From Octopus vulgaris (taxonomy: Eukaryota): a stretch of 64,000 bases of DNA. The stretch's first letter is position 1. The number at the start of each line of letters is the position of its first letter. This document shows positions 11,666 through 24,079 of this stretch, piece by piece. The stretch lies in NCBI GenBank assembly GCA_951406725.2, contig OX597835.1, positions 32,550,001 to 32,614,000 of the forward strand, written 5' to 3'. The notes beneath the pieces were generated by a model. The model was given only the letters and a program-made list of their open reading frames with translations, was not told the DNA's origin and did not search any database. A program made the translations under genes and the position numbers.

Positions 11666-12115
11666 GTATGTATGTATATATATATATACGTATGTATATA
11701 CATGTATGTATGTATATATGTATGTATATATTACATATGCATGTCTGTGTATTCCTGTGTATGTGTACGTATGTATGTATGCATGGATGCAAGCATCCAT
11801 GCATATGTATGCATGGATGCAAGCATCCATGCATGTATCTTTGTGTGTATATATGTAAGTCTCTATGCATGTATGTGTGCGTGTGTGTATGTATGTATGT
11901 CTGTCTGTATGTATGTATGCAAGTGTCTATGTATGTACGTTTATGAACATTAATGATCATGGCAATCACTAGTGGGGTCTGACTCGGATTTGACATATTC
12001 TGTCTTATCAATCTACGGTCTCTTTGCTTGGAAATCTTATAAATCTGTCAATAATGGAAAGGCAATTAAAAACTCCCGGTTTCTGTCTGTGGCTAATAAA
12101 GAAACATATCTATCC

Positions 12116-12209
<94 letters not shown>

Positions 12210-12294
12210 TTATCTCTCTCTCTCTATATATATATATGTGTGTGTGTGTGTATGTGTGTGCGTGTGTGTGTGTGTGTTTGTGTGTGTGTATGTC

Positions 12295-12372
<78 letters not shown>
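11165..12372. repeat. Large compound microsatellite field (TA, TATG, TATC, TG)
   Basis: Read directly; source of many spurious YIYI/CVCV ORFs. Confidence 0.95.
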
Positions 12373-12375
<3 letters not shown>

Positions 12376-13135
12376 CCTTATCACCTCAGTTTGCCTTCAT
12401 GAATTGCTACTGTTTTATTCTGAATACAGTTTTTCTGTTATTTTTTTTCTCATATTTTATATACGTTCCCTATTTTTCCATCCCCTTTTAAGGTCTGTTC
12501 TGTTATTATTATTATTATTATTATTGTTTTGATGATTATTGTAATTTTTGAGACTTTTTATATTTCTTATTATATTTTTAGTTTATTTCAACCTTATCTA
12601 TCGCTTTAACCACTTGTATGTTCAGTTTTAGTTGGTTCTCTCTCTCTCTCTTTCCTTCTTGCTCCCTTTCTTTGTTCCCCCCTCTCTCTCACACACATAT
12701 GTATGTATATATATATAGGTTTGACGTTATTGTTACTTATTTTATTTCAAAAAAATTTGTTTGTAAAGATTTTATATGATTACAGCTCTATGGCACGCTA
12801 TGATTTAAAACTCTGATTTCTTGCCGATGTACTGATGAAGTAGTAAGTCACTAGAACATGCGTACATAAAAGCATACAAATATGGAAAATGTTATCTGCT
12901 TTTCTCATTCATTCTCTCTCTCTCTCTCTCTGTTTATATAAATTGCAGATTGTAGAAATAATTCTAGATTAAGTCAAATTACATAAGCAAAAAATTTTGG
13001 TTAAATCAAAAATTGTTAATTAATCTGATTAATCTTAAGAAAAAAGCAGAATGATGATGTCTTTCGGAAAGAAAATTTCGCATTAAGAGCTTTCACTGTT
13101 TACTGCTTTTCAAATACACCTGTTATGGTTTCATC

Positions 13136-13168
<33 letters not shown>

Positions 13169-13236
13169 AACATGTATATACATACACATACATCTATCTA
13201 TCTATGTATCTACACAGATATAAACACGTACAGATA

Positions 13237-13326
<90 letters not shown>

Positions 13327-13533
13327 CATATATACACATATATATATATATACATACACACACAGACACACACATATATATATATACACATACATACACA
13401 CGTACTCACGCATACATATAGACTAACTCGTTATCTATACTTTTCTATACATTGCGATGAGAACTGGAGTTTAACGGAGTTTGAATATCCAGTCTTAAGT
13501 CATATGTTAACTTCTGATGCACTATGGCTTATC

Positions 13534-13584
<51 letters not shown>

Positions 13585-13590
<6 letters not shown>

Positions 13591-14110
13591 CGACTACCCA
13601 TGCAAGATGTCAGCAATACTCATGTTAATTACTATTGCCCTCGCGGTCGGCTTCCTAGGGGCCGCAGCCCCAGCTTTAATCCTTGCCGGGCACCCTCCTA
13701 CTCAAACGGGCATCGGAAAGTTTGTCTCGCCATTATTGCACAACCTAATGTTTTCGTCCAATAAGGCTTTCATAACACCTCAGAAACCCTTTCCAATCTA
13801 TTGACATTTCAAGTGCCAATTCGGGTCATAGTTTCAGGAATGCGGGAGCGCCATGATCTCAGAGCTAGGGAAACATCCCCAAAATATTCAATGACATTCC
13901 CTGCACATCTGGGCTTATAACAGATCGATCTTCTAGAGACATGCTTTAACAAAAGCTGAGAGGTACCTCACTCCCTATGGTCATGCAGCACAATGGACAC
14001 CAGTTCAGTGTTTCTGATGATCCGTCATATTGCTAAGTATTTGTCGAACTTACACTAGGTTCATCCGTACCTTTGACAAGCTTTGATTTTAGTCCTGCTA
14101 GGCAAGCCCA
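13585..14110 (-). pseudogene. Decayed LINE fragment (homolog of 4950-5227)
   Basis: TMTRIGT*NVNRLERVSEVL on the minus strand; flanked by simple repeats. Confidence 0.45.
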
Positions 14111-14178
14111 GTGGGGTTGCATACACACATACGTATGTTTGTATATATTTATGTATACATGTGTGTTTGTATGTACGT

Positions 14179-14222
<44 letters not shown>

Positions 14223-14255
14223 ATGTATATGTATATATATATATGAATAAATGTA

Positions 14256-14286
<31 letters not shown>

Positions 14287-14556
14287 ATGTATGTATGTAT
14301 GTACGCATGTATGTAATTGATTTTATTCACTTAACAATTTTTCTGTTTTTCAAATCTACAAATTGTTGAATATTGTTCCCTTAAAAATTCTCATTTCCCC
14401 TTGAGAACTTTTTCCTTCCTTATTATTCCCTATTATTACAGTTTCCTTTGTGTCTTCAACAACTCACAAACTTATTTATTTAGCACCCTCAAGAAATATT
14501 CACCTTTCTCTAACAACGGGACTTACTCAAAATGTTGCAGACTTACTCTACTACAC

Positions 14557-14860
14557 TGTTTGTTCCTTCTTGAGCCACGCCTGGCTCATAAGGGCCGGTT
14601 TCCCGGTTTCCTTGGCGTATAGGTTCCCCACCTGGACTGGACGCCGGTCCGTCGCAGGTGAGCTGCAAGATGCAGGAGGAAAAAGTGAGAGAAAGTTGTG
14701 GCGAAAGATTCAGCAGAAGTTCGCCATTTCCTTCTGCCGGAGCCGCGGGGTGCTTAGGTGTTTCGCTCATAAACACACACATCGTCCAGTCTGAGATTCG
14801 AACCCACGATCTCTCGACTGCGAGTCCGCTACTCTAAGCACTAGGCCATGTGCCTCCACA
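14557..14860 (-). mobile_element. SINE family C (tRNA-Arg-like head, V/Meta-like central domain)
   Basis: A box TGGCCTAGTG, B box GGTTCGAATC, and a CCTGCGACGGACCGGCGTCC..TCCAGG domain. Other copies at 33948-34220, 37847-38153 and 42633-42905. Confidence 0.85.
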
Positions 14861-15293
14861 CTCTACTACCTACCAAAACAATTAATTCCAATTTCCCACC
14901 AACTTTAAAAAAAAAAAGTTCTATGTATTTATTACTGATTGTGCAGCATATAAATCCTTTTCCTGAAAACGAACTCAACCCGTTTATATTCAGTGACATG
15001 TTACAGTGTTCTGATACTACACATCGCATTCCTTAAATATACGCTATTCTAAATGTAAATCAAAGCGAAATGGAAATAGGAAGACTCTGTAATTATTCCA
15101 ATAATATATCACCATAGACTGATATGTGTAATTCTGTGATGTAACTCTGTGATGATATAAATCTGTAATTATTGGTCGACATTAAAAGAACATATTTGGT
15201 GACGAACATGTTATAATAATATTATGGATGTCTGCGCAGTGGTTAGCACCGACGTTTACCAAAATGTTACTACATTCGTTCTTTCGCTTTCAG

Positions 15294-15370
15294 AGAAAAC
15301 TACTCGTACCTTATGATTTTATCAAAACTGAAAATTCTCAGAATATTTCTTCTTGGACATCTGAAGAATG
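15294..15370 (+). other. Candidate host exon (77 bp)
   Basis: Acceptor TTCGTTCTTTCGCTTTCAG| and donor ATG|GTAAGT in non-repetitive DNA; two frames are open. Confidence 0.35.
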
Positions 15371-15712
15371 GTAAGTGTGTTTCTTGTTCAACGTTATTGA
15401 TGGTTATCCACAGCAGGAACAGGCTGAAATATATTAGAAAATAAATTTATTCTAAAAAAAGTCAAAACTATAAACCAAACAACGATGTATGCAAATGAGG
15501 TATGAAAATACGTTTTTGACGGTTGAAATCGAAGTATAAAAGCTATAAAAATGGTGAAAGTATGGGTTAAAACATTCTTTAGACAGAGCAAAGTCAAATG
15601 TTGCTCGTGTGAGTTCAATTTCGAGTTCAGCCGTTAAATGTAAATTATTTCACGTTCTCCCGCGGTTTCTAAATTCTTCTTCTTCTAACGGCAACAACAA
15701 CAAGAACACACA

Positions 15713-15757
<45 letters not shown>

Positions 15758-16004
15758 TTAAATAGAAGCGAAAATACAAAATTCTATCGTCTTCTGCAAT
15801 TTATTGCAGGATTTCAGTAAAAAATACCCCAATCAAACTGCTTTTTGAACTCTTTTATACCAACACATCTAATGAGCTAAATATTTATATGTTTATGTTT
15901 TCAATATATTGTGACGGTTTCCTGAGGAGGGTTGTTGGTAAACCAGTTAAAATCTCATGTTATCGTTAAAATTCTATGTTACATAGTTTCGGTTTTATTT
16001 TCAA

Positions 16005-16392
16005 CTAGCAGTATCGCCCGGCGTTGCTCGGATTTGTTTCGACCCTTTAGAATTGGAATTTTTGAAAAGTAAAATTTTGCATTATGTAGCTTGTTATTCT
16101 CTTTAAGTGAACATTTTTCTGGTTGAAATACACCGAAAAATGGCGACACAGCAGTCAAAAAATCGTAAAAAATAGGGATTTTCATAGAAAAAAAGTACCT
16201 TTTTGATGTAAATAATTTTTGGTGTTAACATGGTCCGATTTGAATTTTTTCTTCTACGGAAGGAAGAGTAAGCCTTCTATCATGGTCTCAATTTTGGTCA
16301 ACTTGCGCCGCAGGGCCTCGGAGGAGATAGTGTTAGTTGAAGGCTACCAAACCTGCCATACACAGACAACTTCAGCTTTATATACAGAGAGA
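16005..16392 (-). mobile_element. Non-autonomous Helitron
   Basis: Same termini as the other copies; body matches 1505-1890. Confidence 0.85.
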
Positions 16393-17052
16393 TTTGAAAA
16401 TTCTAATAGGTGGGCATGGGCATGCACTTCCTTGCAATAAAACCAACTATAGACAAGGTTGTATGTTTGATTTCAATGTTGTTCTTGTCCGTATTTCCAT
16501 TTCTAATATCTTGTCCTTTTATGTTAAATACTGTTTTTATAAACTTATACTTTAAGTACAGATATTTTAAGTATACTTAAATCTTAGTAATGTTTATAAT
16601 TATTAGACATTTTTTTCAAAATATTTTTATTCTGACCTTTGTAAACATGGTTTAGATCAAAACTTGAAACGAGGTTTTGAAATGTTCTAATGTTTATATT
16701 TACATGAAATGTTTCCTGGCAAAAGGAAAACAAACAAGTTTTTGCTGTTATGGTTCTAAATGTTTGGTGATAATTAAGGGAAACGTGGAAACATTTTTTA
16801 TATACAGTCTGTGTTAGTGGTCGTTGGTTAAGTGATGAAGATTTTGAGTCGAGCGATGATGTTGATGAAGATGATGATGATGGTGATGATGATGAGGATG
16901 ATGATGATGATGATAATGATCGTGATGATGACGATGACGACGACGATGACGACTTAGGTACAAGGCTAACAATTTTGATGTGGGTTCAGTGAATACCACC
17001 GATCCCAGTCCTAGGCTATTTATGTTATCGACACCGAAGGGGTGAAAGGCAG

Positions 17053-17168
<116 letters not shown>

Positions 17169-17249
17169 GTCTGTCTGTCTGTCTGTCTCCTTGTCTGTCT
17201 GTATATCTATCCATCTATCTATCTATCTATCTACCTATCTGTCTGTTTG

Positions 17250-17314
<65 letters not shown>

Positions 17315-17339
17315 TGTGAGTTTGGAATTACGTAACCTC

Positions 17340-18275
17340 TAAGTGTATTCATTATGCAACAGTCAAAGCAAACTCCTGGCTATCTATACTATCTACAAAT
17401 TGAAGTATCGGTCATGTACTTAAACTGAAGAAAGTTCCTTAGTATGTCTAATATAGCTTCCACAAGTAAAGCAAGAAGCAGTTTACGCAAGAGAAATATA
17501 ACATGGTTTAATCCCTTCTTTGAATTTCATGTCGCGACAAACACACCAAGTGTGTATTTTAGAGCACTGGATACGTATCTTTTCCCTAATCATAGGTACA
17601 CAGCATCTTTATTAAGCACACCGTCAAATTAGCATACACCACCATACCAAACGTTTTGAAGAATCTAGCTGCGATAAATAAGATCTTATAAAATAATATC
17701 AGCTAGGACCAACTAAACCTAAATAAAGTATAATGGTCTCGTTTACTATTGACAGACTAATAACATCTCGCGAGAACCTACGAAGAAAGATACCGTGCAG
17801 CTGAGTGGAACTAATGTGTGAAGTAATTGGTAAGAATAGCCTGTACAACGAATCTCCCTCTAGTCTATGTATTTGTAGAATCCCTACGAAATGTCTATTA
17901 AATAACAAATGCTTTAAGAAGAACTTAATCGATAAATGCTCCGTTAACACTAATAACGAAACCTTTTATCATATAGGAGCTACATTATATCCATTTGAAT
18001 TGAGATACTATAACCGTGTCCATTCATTCAAGAAGCAAGCAAAAACTAGCACACTTGCTGAATTGCCATCGAACTTAACAATAAGAAAAATCACATGAAA
18101 TTTCCTGTTCTGTGTTATTAACCGATTTCCCTACATTGGCGATGAAAGTGAATGCAATCTATGCTCACTAGAAGCACTTATGATCATAAGCCATAAAGTT
18201 AGTTGTGTAAACGAACGTAACGAGCTTCTAATTAGTTGCCCTCATAAATATGACTTTTGGTAAGATCTTATTAAC
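17340..18275 (+). pseudogene. Penelope-like element relic: RT C-terminal linker and GIY-YIG endonuclease
   Basis: RKRNITWFNP..HVATN, CICRIPTKCLLNNKCFKKNLIDKCSV..YHIGAT..FELRYYNRVHSFK and C-terminal CNLC..E..NERNELLISCPHK, the pattern of PLE endonucleases with a Cys-rich linker. Confidence 0.85.
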
Positions 18276-18825
18276 TTAGTTATTTTTTGACTTCCTCTCC
18301 TTTTTGTTCTTTTTTCTTTTTATCTTCAGTTCTCTCAGCAGATTTGTATTGTAGTATTCGCCGTCTGGGTCAGCGTACCCATCTATGTCACATCTTCCTA
18401 ATCCATTATGATTAACATTCAGCCAATAGTAACTCCTAGTTGTTTAAGGGTATATATCCTCAACCCCCTTGTATATCTTTATATCGCAAAATACAAAATT
18501 TAAAATTTACTATCCGTTATAGGACTCGCGACCTATTAACACTAACTCGCTAATTAAGTAATTAATTAAATAAGTATTGATAATGGTCCATAATTCCAAA
18601 CATGCTCGAAAGAATGAAGTATAAACTCCTATGTTCCCATTTCGATCTCCCACGTGATATCGATCCATGTTTTATCCTTATTTCTCATAATTGTGTGCTA
18701 TTCTCAGAACACTATGGCTAAATGTTTCATATTATTATATTTCGATACCTTTACATCTTTATATTCTTAGATCCTAATATTTTAGAACCATTTCCTATAC
18801 TCTGCAACATGTTTCCTATATCACT

Positions 18826-18886
<61 letters not shown>

Positions 18887-18887
<1 letters not shown>

Positions 18888-19174
18888 TCATTTTTCCTTC
18901 TTTCTTCAAATTTTCTTCCGTTTCGGGCCGAGTGTTTTCCATACATCTAGGACAGAGAAGGGCATTGTATGCATTCCCAGATTACACGCACAAATTCACA
19001 GATAAAATATGTATTTAAAAATTAATAAATAAATAAATTCATGGATGGATGTTATTTTCACAGCGATAGTGCTCTTCTCAGTACATGAGCCGTTCCAGTT
19101 AATACGATTTTTTGCACTTCCTGTAGGGATGGTAAGCCTGGAATCATTTTCAAATAGGTTTCAGTACCTTTTTT
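18887..19174 (-). mobile_element. 5'-truncated R4/Dong-clade non-LTR retrotransposon in (TAA)n
   Basis: Minus strand encodes KGTETYLKMIPGLPSLQEVQKIVLTGTAHVLRRALSL* (stop 19058-19060), the R4-type C-terminus; (TAT)n on both sides. Confidence 0.8.
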
Positions 19175-19196
19175 ATTATTATTATTATTATTATTA

Positions 19197-19251
<55 letters not shown>

Positions 19252-19576
19252 TATTATTATTATTACTATTATTATTATATACTATTTTATTTTATTTTTA
19301 GTTCTTTATACTTTCCATAATAGTCACACCCATAACTGTCTCTAAACACATTATAATCCTAGCATTACCGGATTACTGACGATAACTGTTTGCGAGAACC
19401 TTCACGCATTTTCTTGACGTATGCATTATAAAGAAGCTTTCCCAAACTGTTGATTTTAGATTTTAAAGCTACGTTTTACACAAAAATCTTTCATATTTTA
19501 ACTTTGTGTAAAGTCACTTTTTAACAGCTACTATCTACAAGGTACAAATATTACGAGTATTGATTTTTTATCTTTC

Positions 19577-19682
19577 GTTCAGTTCCCAAAAATAGCCCTG
19601 AAGAGGTAACACAATTGTTAGGCAACAAAAAATGCAGCAATCCTCTTAGATTATACTACAGAAACGTATGTAGGGAATGAAC
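19577..19682 (+). ncRNA. Decayed type I hammerhead, probable terminal repeat of the upstream Penelope relic
   Basis: CC CTGAAGA (19598) ... GAAA CGTATG TA GGGAATGAAC; upstream GTTCAGTTCCC can pair with GGGAATGAAC. Confidence 0.55.
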
Positions 19683-19840
19683 AAATATGAATATTATTAG
19701 CGCTTAAGGCTGCGATGTGACTTGCCAGACTGGTTAGCACGCCGGGGAAAATGCTTAGCGGCATTTCGTCTGTCCTTACGTTTTGAGTTCAAATGTCACC
19801 GGGGTTGACATTACCTTTCATCCTTTCGGGCTCGATGAAT

Positions 19841-20646
19841 GGATCTTTTCCTTTTGAACGGCAGACAATTTCTAGTTAACTAAACACTGTAAAACTTCGT
19901 ATACTGGTAGAATGTGTCAAAATCAAACATTTTTTTCTCTTGGCTTTCTTGAGAAAATTGTAATTTGTTTGTTTAACGTAGTTTAATTTTTCGAATCTTA
20001 ATCAATCCTATGCTTTCTCTTGAGCTAAAATCATTTGCTGCGTCTAAAACTGAGACAACATCCTGTCACTAACACTAAACCTCCCCCTAACCCTAACCCT
20101 GACCCTAAATTTTTTTTCTTAATTGTTAAATTAATTTAATTGTTACGCGTGTAAAAAAAACTAAAGCAATGTAAAATAATTTAAACAATTAACAAACAAA
20201 ATAATTCTATAATTTTATACACACGCTTTCCGTACGTATACGGAAAGTGTGTGTATAAAATTATAGAATTATTTTGTTTGTTAATTGTTTAAATTATTTT
20301 ACATTGCTTTAGTTTTTTTTACACGCGTAACAATTAAATTAATTTAACAATTAAGAAAAAAATTTAGGGTCAGGGTTAGGGTTAGGGAGGTTTAGTGTTA
20401 GTGACAGGATGTTGTCTCAGTTTTAGACGCAGCAAATGATTTTCGTTGAATGGAGGTAATCGATTGGTTAAAATTGCCGAAATGCTCGGATTTTCAGACG
20501 AAATATCTTACAAACTATAGAATTTTCTCGATAAAACCAAGAGAAAAATGATGTTTTATAAACACATTCTACCAGTATACGAAGTTTAAAACTTCTTAGT
20601 TACCTAGAAATTATGTTACAAACTGCCGTTCAAAAGGAAAAGATCC
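19841..20646. mobile_element. Palindromic MITE with internal (CCCTAA)n, inserted in a SINE
   Basis: TIR GGATCTTTTCCTTTTGAACGGCAG / CTGCCGTTCAAAAGGAAAAGATCC; near-perfect inner palindrome at 20027-20443. Confidence 0.85.
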
Positions 20647-20729
20647 CGGGGTCGATGTAATAGACTAGGCCCCTCCTCCCAAATTTCAGGCCCTGTGCCT
20701 GTAATAGAAAAGAATATTACTTGCGCTTG

Positions 20730-21150
20730 AAAGGTGAGCTGGCAAATTCATTAACATGTCGAACAATATGCTTAGCGGCATTTCGTTCGGTTTTTTGTTC
20801 TGAGTTGAAATTCTTGTGTGGTCGACTTTGCCTTTTACCCTTTCGGGTCGTTGAAATATATACCAGTTGCGTACTTGGGTCGAACTAATTGACCTATTTC
20901 TCCCCCGAAATCGCTATCCTTAAGCTAAAACTTAAGGCGGCGAATTGGCAGGATTGTTACCGAACTGGGAGAAAAAAATTTCTTAACAGCATTTTGATCG
21001 TCTTTACGTTCTGAGTTCAAATTCCGCCGAGGTCGACTTTGCCTTTTATTCTTTCAGGATCGATAAAATAAGTAGCAGTTAAGCACTGGGATTGATGTAA
21101 TCGATTTCCCCACTCACTCTAAATTGCTGGCCCTGTGCCAAAATTTGAAA
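20730..21150 (+). mobile_element. Two adjacent SINE family B copies (older tail type ..AAATTGCTGGCCYTGTGCCAAAATTTGAAAC)
   Basis: Head AAGGYGRGCTGGCA, B-box-like GAGTTCAAATTC, and Nin-like GTCGACTTTGCCTTT domain. Confidence 0.8.
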
Positions 21151-21577
21151 CAAATATTATTTGCGTTTTATTTTTCTTGCTTTGTTTTCTCTTGTATATT
21201 TTCTGTCTAAATAATAGAGACTTACACTAGAGCTGATGTCGGTATGACTATACAATACACAATGCATTATAACGATGGAGATATTAAAGTCTGATGTTAA
21301 ATATTGAGGTCTAGATAATTAGTTATAGGTTGTGTTATGATAGGTGTATGTGTGTGTTTATGTGAGCGTGTGTGTGAATTAATAGATAACTATGTATGTG
21401 AATCTGTGTGAGTATAAATATATATAGGTATATATTTCCACATACACACACTATATATACACACGTGTATATATATTTATATATATATATATATATATAT
21501 ATTTAAATGCATATATGTATATATATATATGTAAATATATATATATAAACACACACGTGTGCATATACATATTTATA

Positions 21578-21617
<40 letters not shown>

Positions 21618-21715
21618 CATATATGTTTTCATATATGCATGTGTACATGTATTTAGAGAGATGTGTGTTTATGTATGCTTATACGCATATATGTATACAC
21701 ATATGAATACATATG

Positions 21716-21762
<47 letters not shown>

Positions 21763-22199
21763 GTAAATATATATATATATGTGTATGTATATGTATCTAT
21801 ATATATATATATATATATAAATGTATGTGTGTGTGTGTGTGTGTCTGTTCACACACGCGGATACGCACACAGATAGATAGATATATAGACAAATAGATAG
21901 ACAGATTTGTATATTTTCAATTTATCCAAGTTTGTATACAGTTAGATTAAATTTTATTAAAAAATATCTACAAATTCAATTTAACTAACAAATAACTGAT
22001 ACACGTGTTCAAAACAAGTTCGTGATGTTATCATATAAAACTTGTATATTTGTTTCATCTGTTATAATTATATTTTCGCTCCTATTTTTCGCAAATAAAA
22101 ATTTATAATAATAACGAGTTATTGAAGAAAAGTATATTTTTACAGACTGTGCTGAAAACTCGGTTCACGAAACTAATAATTTTATGGGTATCATTATGC

Positions 22200-23477
22200 T
22201 GTAATACGTCTAATAATATTTTGTGTCTAGTACATATGGTGTGGCGGCCTCGGGTTAGAGATGGTTCTTTTGGTGACTTGGCCACTGCTCCTCACCTGGT
22301 AAGAAGGACGGGCATCAGTTAGTTCCTGAGTCTCTCGTATGTTGGCCTTAACATCTATTGAATCTCACTTGTGCTGGCTCCAAGTTCTTTCGTCACCCCT
22401 GGTGCACCATCTTAGCTGCCAGGCTATCCCACATGAAGTGATTGTGTTTACATTGCATAAATAGGTAGATGGAGTAGCAGAAATAATGACCAACGATTAA
22501 GGCGGAAGAATCAGAAGACCGATGACTAGATATCCATGACCGGCGACTGTTCCATGCTATACTTCGAATCTCCCTCTAGTCTATGTATTTGTAGAATCCC
22601 TACGAAATGTCTATTAAATAACAAATGCTTTAAGAAGAACTTAATCGATAAATGCTCTGTAAACACTAATAACGAAATCTTTTATCATATAGGAGCCACA
22701 CTATATTCATTTGAATCGAGATACTATAATCGTGTCCATTCATTCAAGAAGCAAGCAAAATCTAGCTCACTTGCTGAATTGCCATCGAACTTAATAATGA
22801 GAAAAATCACACGAAATTTCTTGCTCTGTTTTATTAACCGATTTCCCTACATTGGCGATGGAAGTGAATGCAGTCTATGCTCACTAGAAGCACTTATGAT
22901 CATAAGCCATAAAGTTAGTTTTATAAACGAACGTAACGAGCTTCTAATTAGTTGCCCACATAAATTGGTAAGATCTTATTAACTTAGTTATTTTTTTAAC
23001 TTTCTCTCTCTTTTGTTCTTTTTTTTATGGAGTAGCAGAAGTAATGACCAACGATTAGGGCGGAAGAATCAGAAGATCGATGACTAGATATCCATGACCG
23101 GCGACTGTTCCATGCTATACTTCGTAGGCCTCGGCTGTCAGCCAACAAATGCAGTTCCTCCTATAATCTCTTTCCTGTGTACAAACGATTGGGCTTCAGG
23201 TTAGCACTCTGTCCTCGGAAAAGCTCCAGTTTTGAAAACAGTTCAAAATGCAAAATCATCGTAGCATACGAGACAAAAACGATGTAGGGAAGATGGCTGC
23301 TGGCCGACAACGCTGGAGTACTTTGACTGTCAAACACATCACCCAACGTTGGAGGACCCCAGTCTGTGTAAGTGAGCATGTGCATGCTTTGATCTTTGTT
23401 TCAGTACTGTATAGCAGACCTGAATATAGGTCACAAGTAAGGTCAAATAAGGGAAATCTAATTGCTAGAAGTAGCAA
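22200..23477 (-). pseudogene. Decayed RTE-like LINE fragment, interrupted by a Penelope fragment
   Basis: SGLLYSTET..KIKAC and KVLQRC on the minus strand resemble the RTE RT C-terminal region; heavily degenerate. Confidence 0.45.
22567..23026 (+). pseudogene. Second copy of the Penelope GIY-YIG fragment (17851-18320) between 98-bp direct repeats
   Basis: ORF 22536-22982 repeats the same peptide; direct repeats at 22469-22566 and 23027-23124. Confidence 0.9.
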
Positions 23478-23629
23478 ACTGATCTGCCTCGAATCGTATC
23501 ATAACCTTAAAAAAGAAGAAAAATGATACATTGGCCAATATATTATACAAAAAGAAAAAAGACAAACCTTGATGTCTTTCATCATAGGTGAGCTGAATCA
23601 GGGTTGACCTATGGTTAAATCACGACGAA

Positions 23630-23741
23630 ATGATAATAATAATAACAGTAATAATAATAATAATAATGCACTGCTCTCTCACTACTACTACTACTACTAC
23701 TACTACTATTACTACTACTACTAATGATAATGATGATGATG

Positions 23742-23789
<48 letters not shown>

Positions 23790-23804
23790 CACTGCTCTCT
23801 CACT

Positions 23805-23866
<62 letters not shown>

Positions 23867-23905
23867 ACTACTACTAATAATAATAATAATAATAATAATA
23901 GTAAT
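23630..23905. repeat. Compound (TAA)n/(CTA)n/(GAT)n microsatellite with duplicated linker GCACTGCTCTCTCAC
   Basis: Read directly from the sequence. Confidence 0.9.
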
Positions 23906-24079
23906 ATCAAAGAGAGAAACCAAAGGCTAGCAGAAGTCGACTTTGCCGTTCATTCTTTCGGAGATCGATAAAATAAATACCAATTGGAAAGTGGGGCCGA
24001 TCTAATCTACTTACCACCTGCACAAAATTTGCTAGCCCTTGGGTCAAAATCTGAAATCAATATCAAAGAGGAGCCATAT

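Noticed and set aside
20083-20108. CCCTAA repeats as a chromosome end or fusion site
   Set aside because: Only a few units, and they lie inside a TIR element with a relative at 40427-40867.
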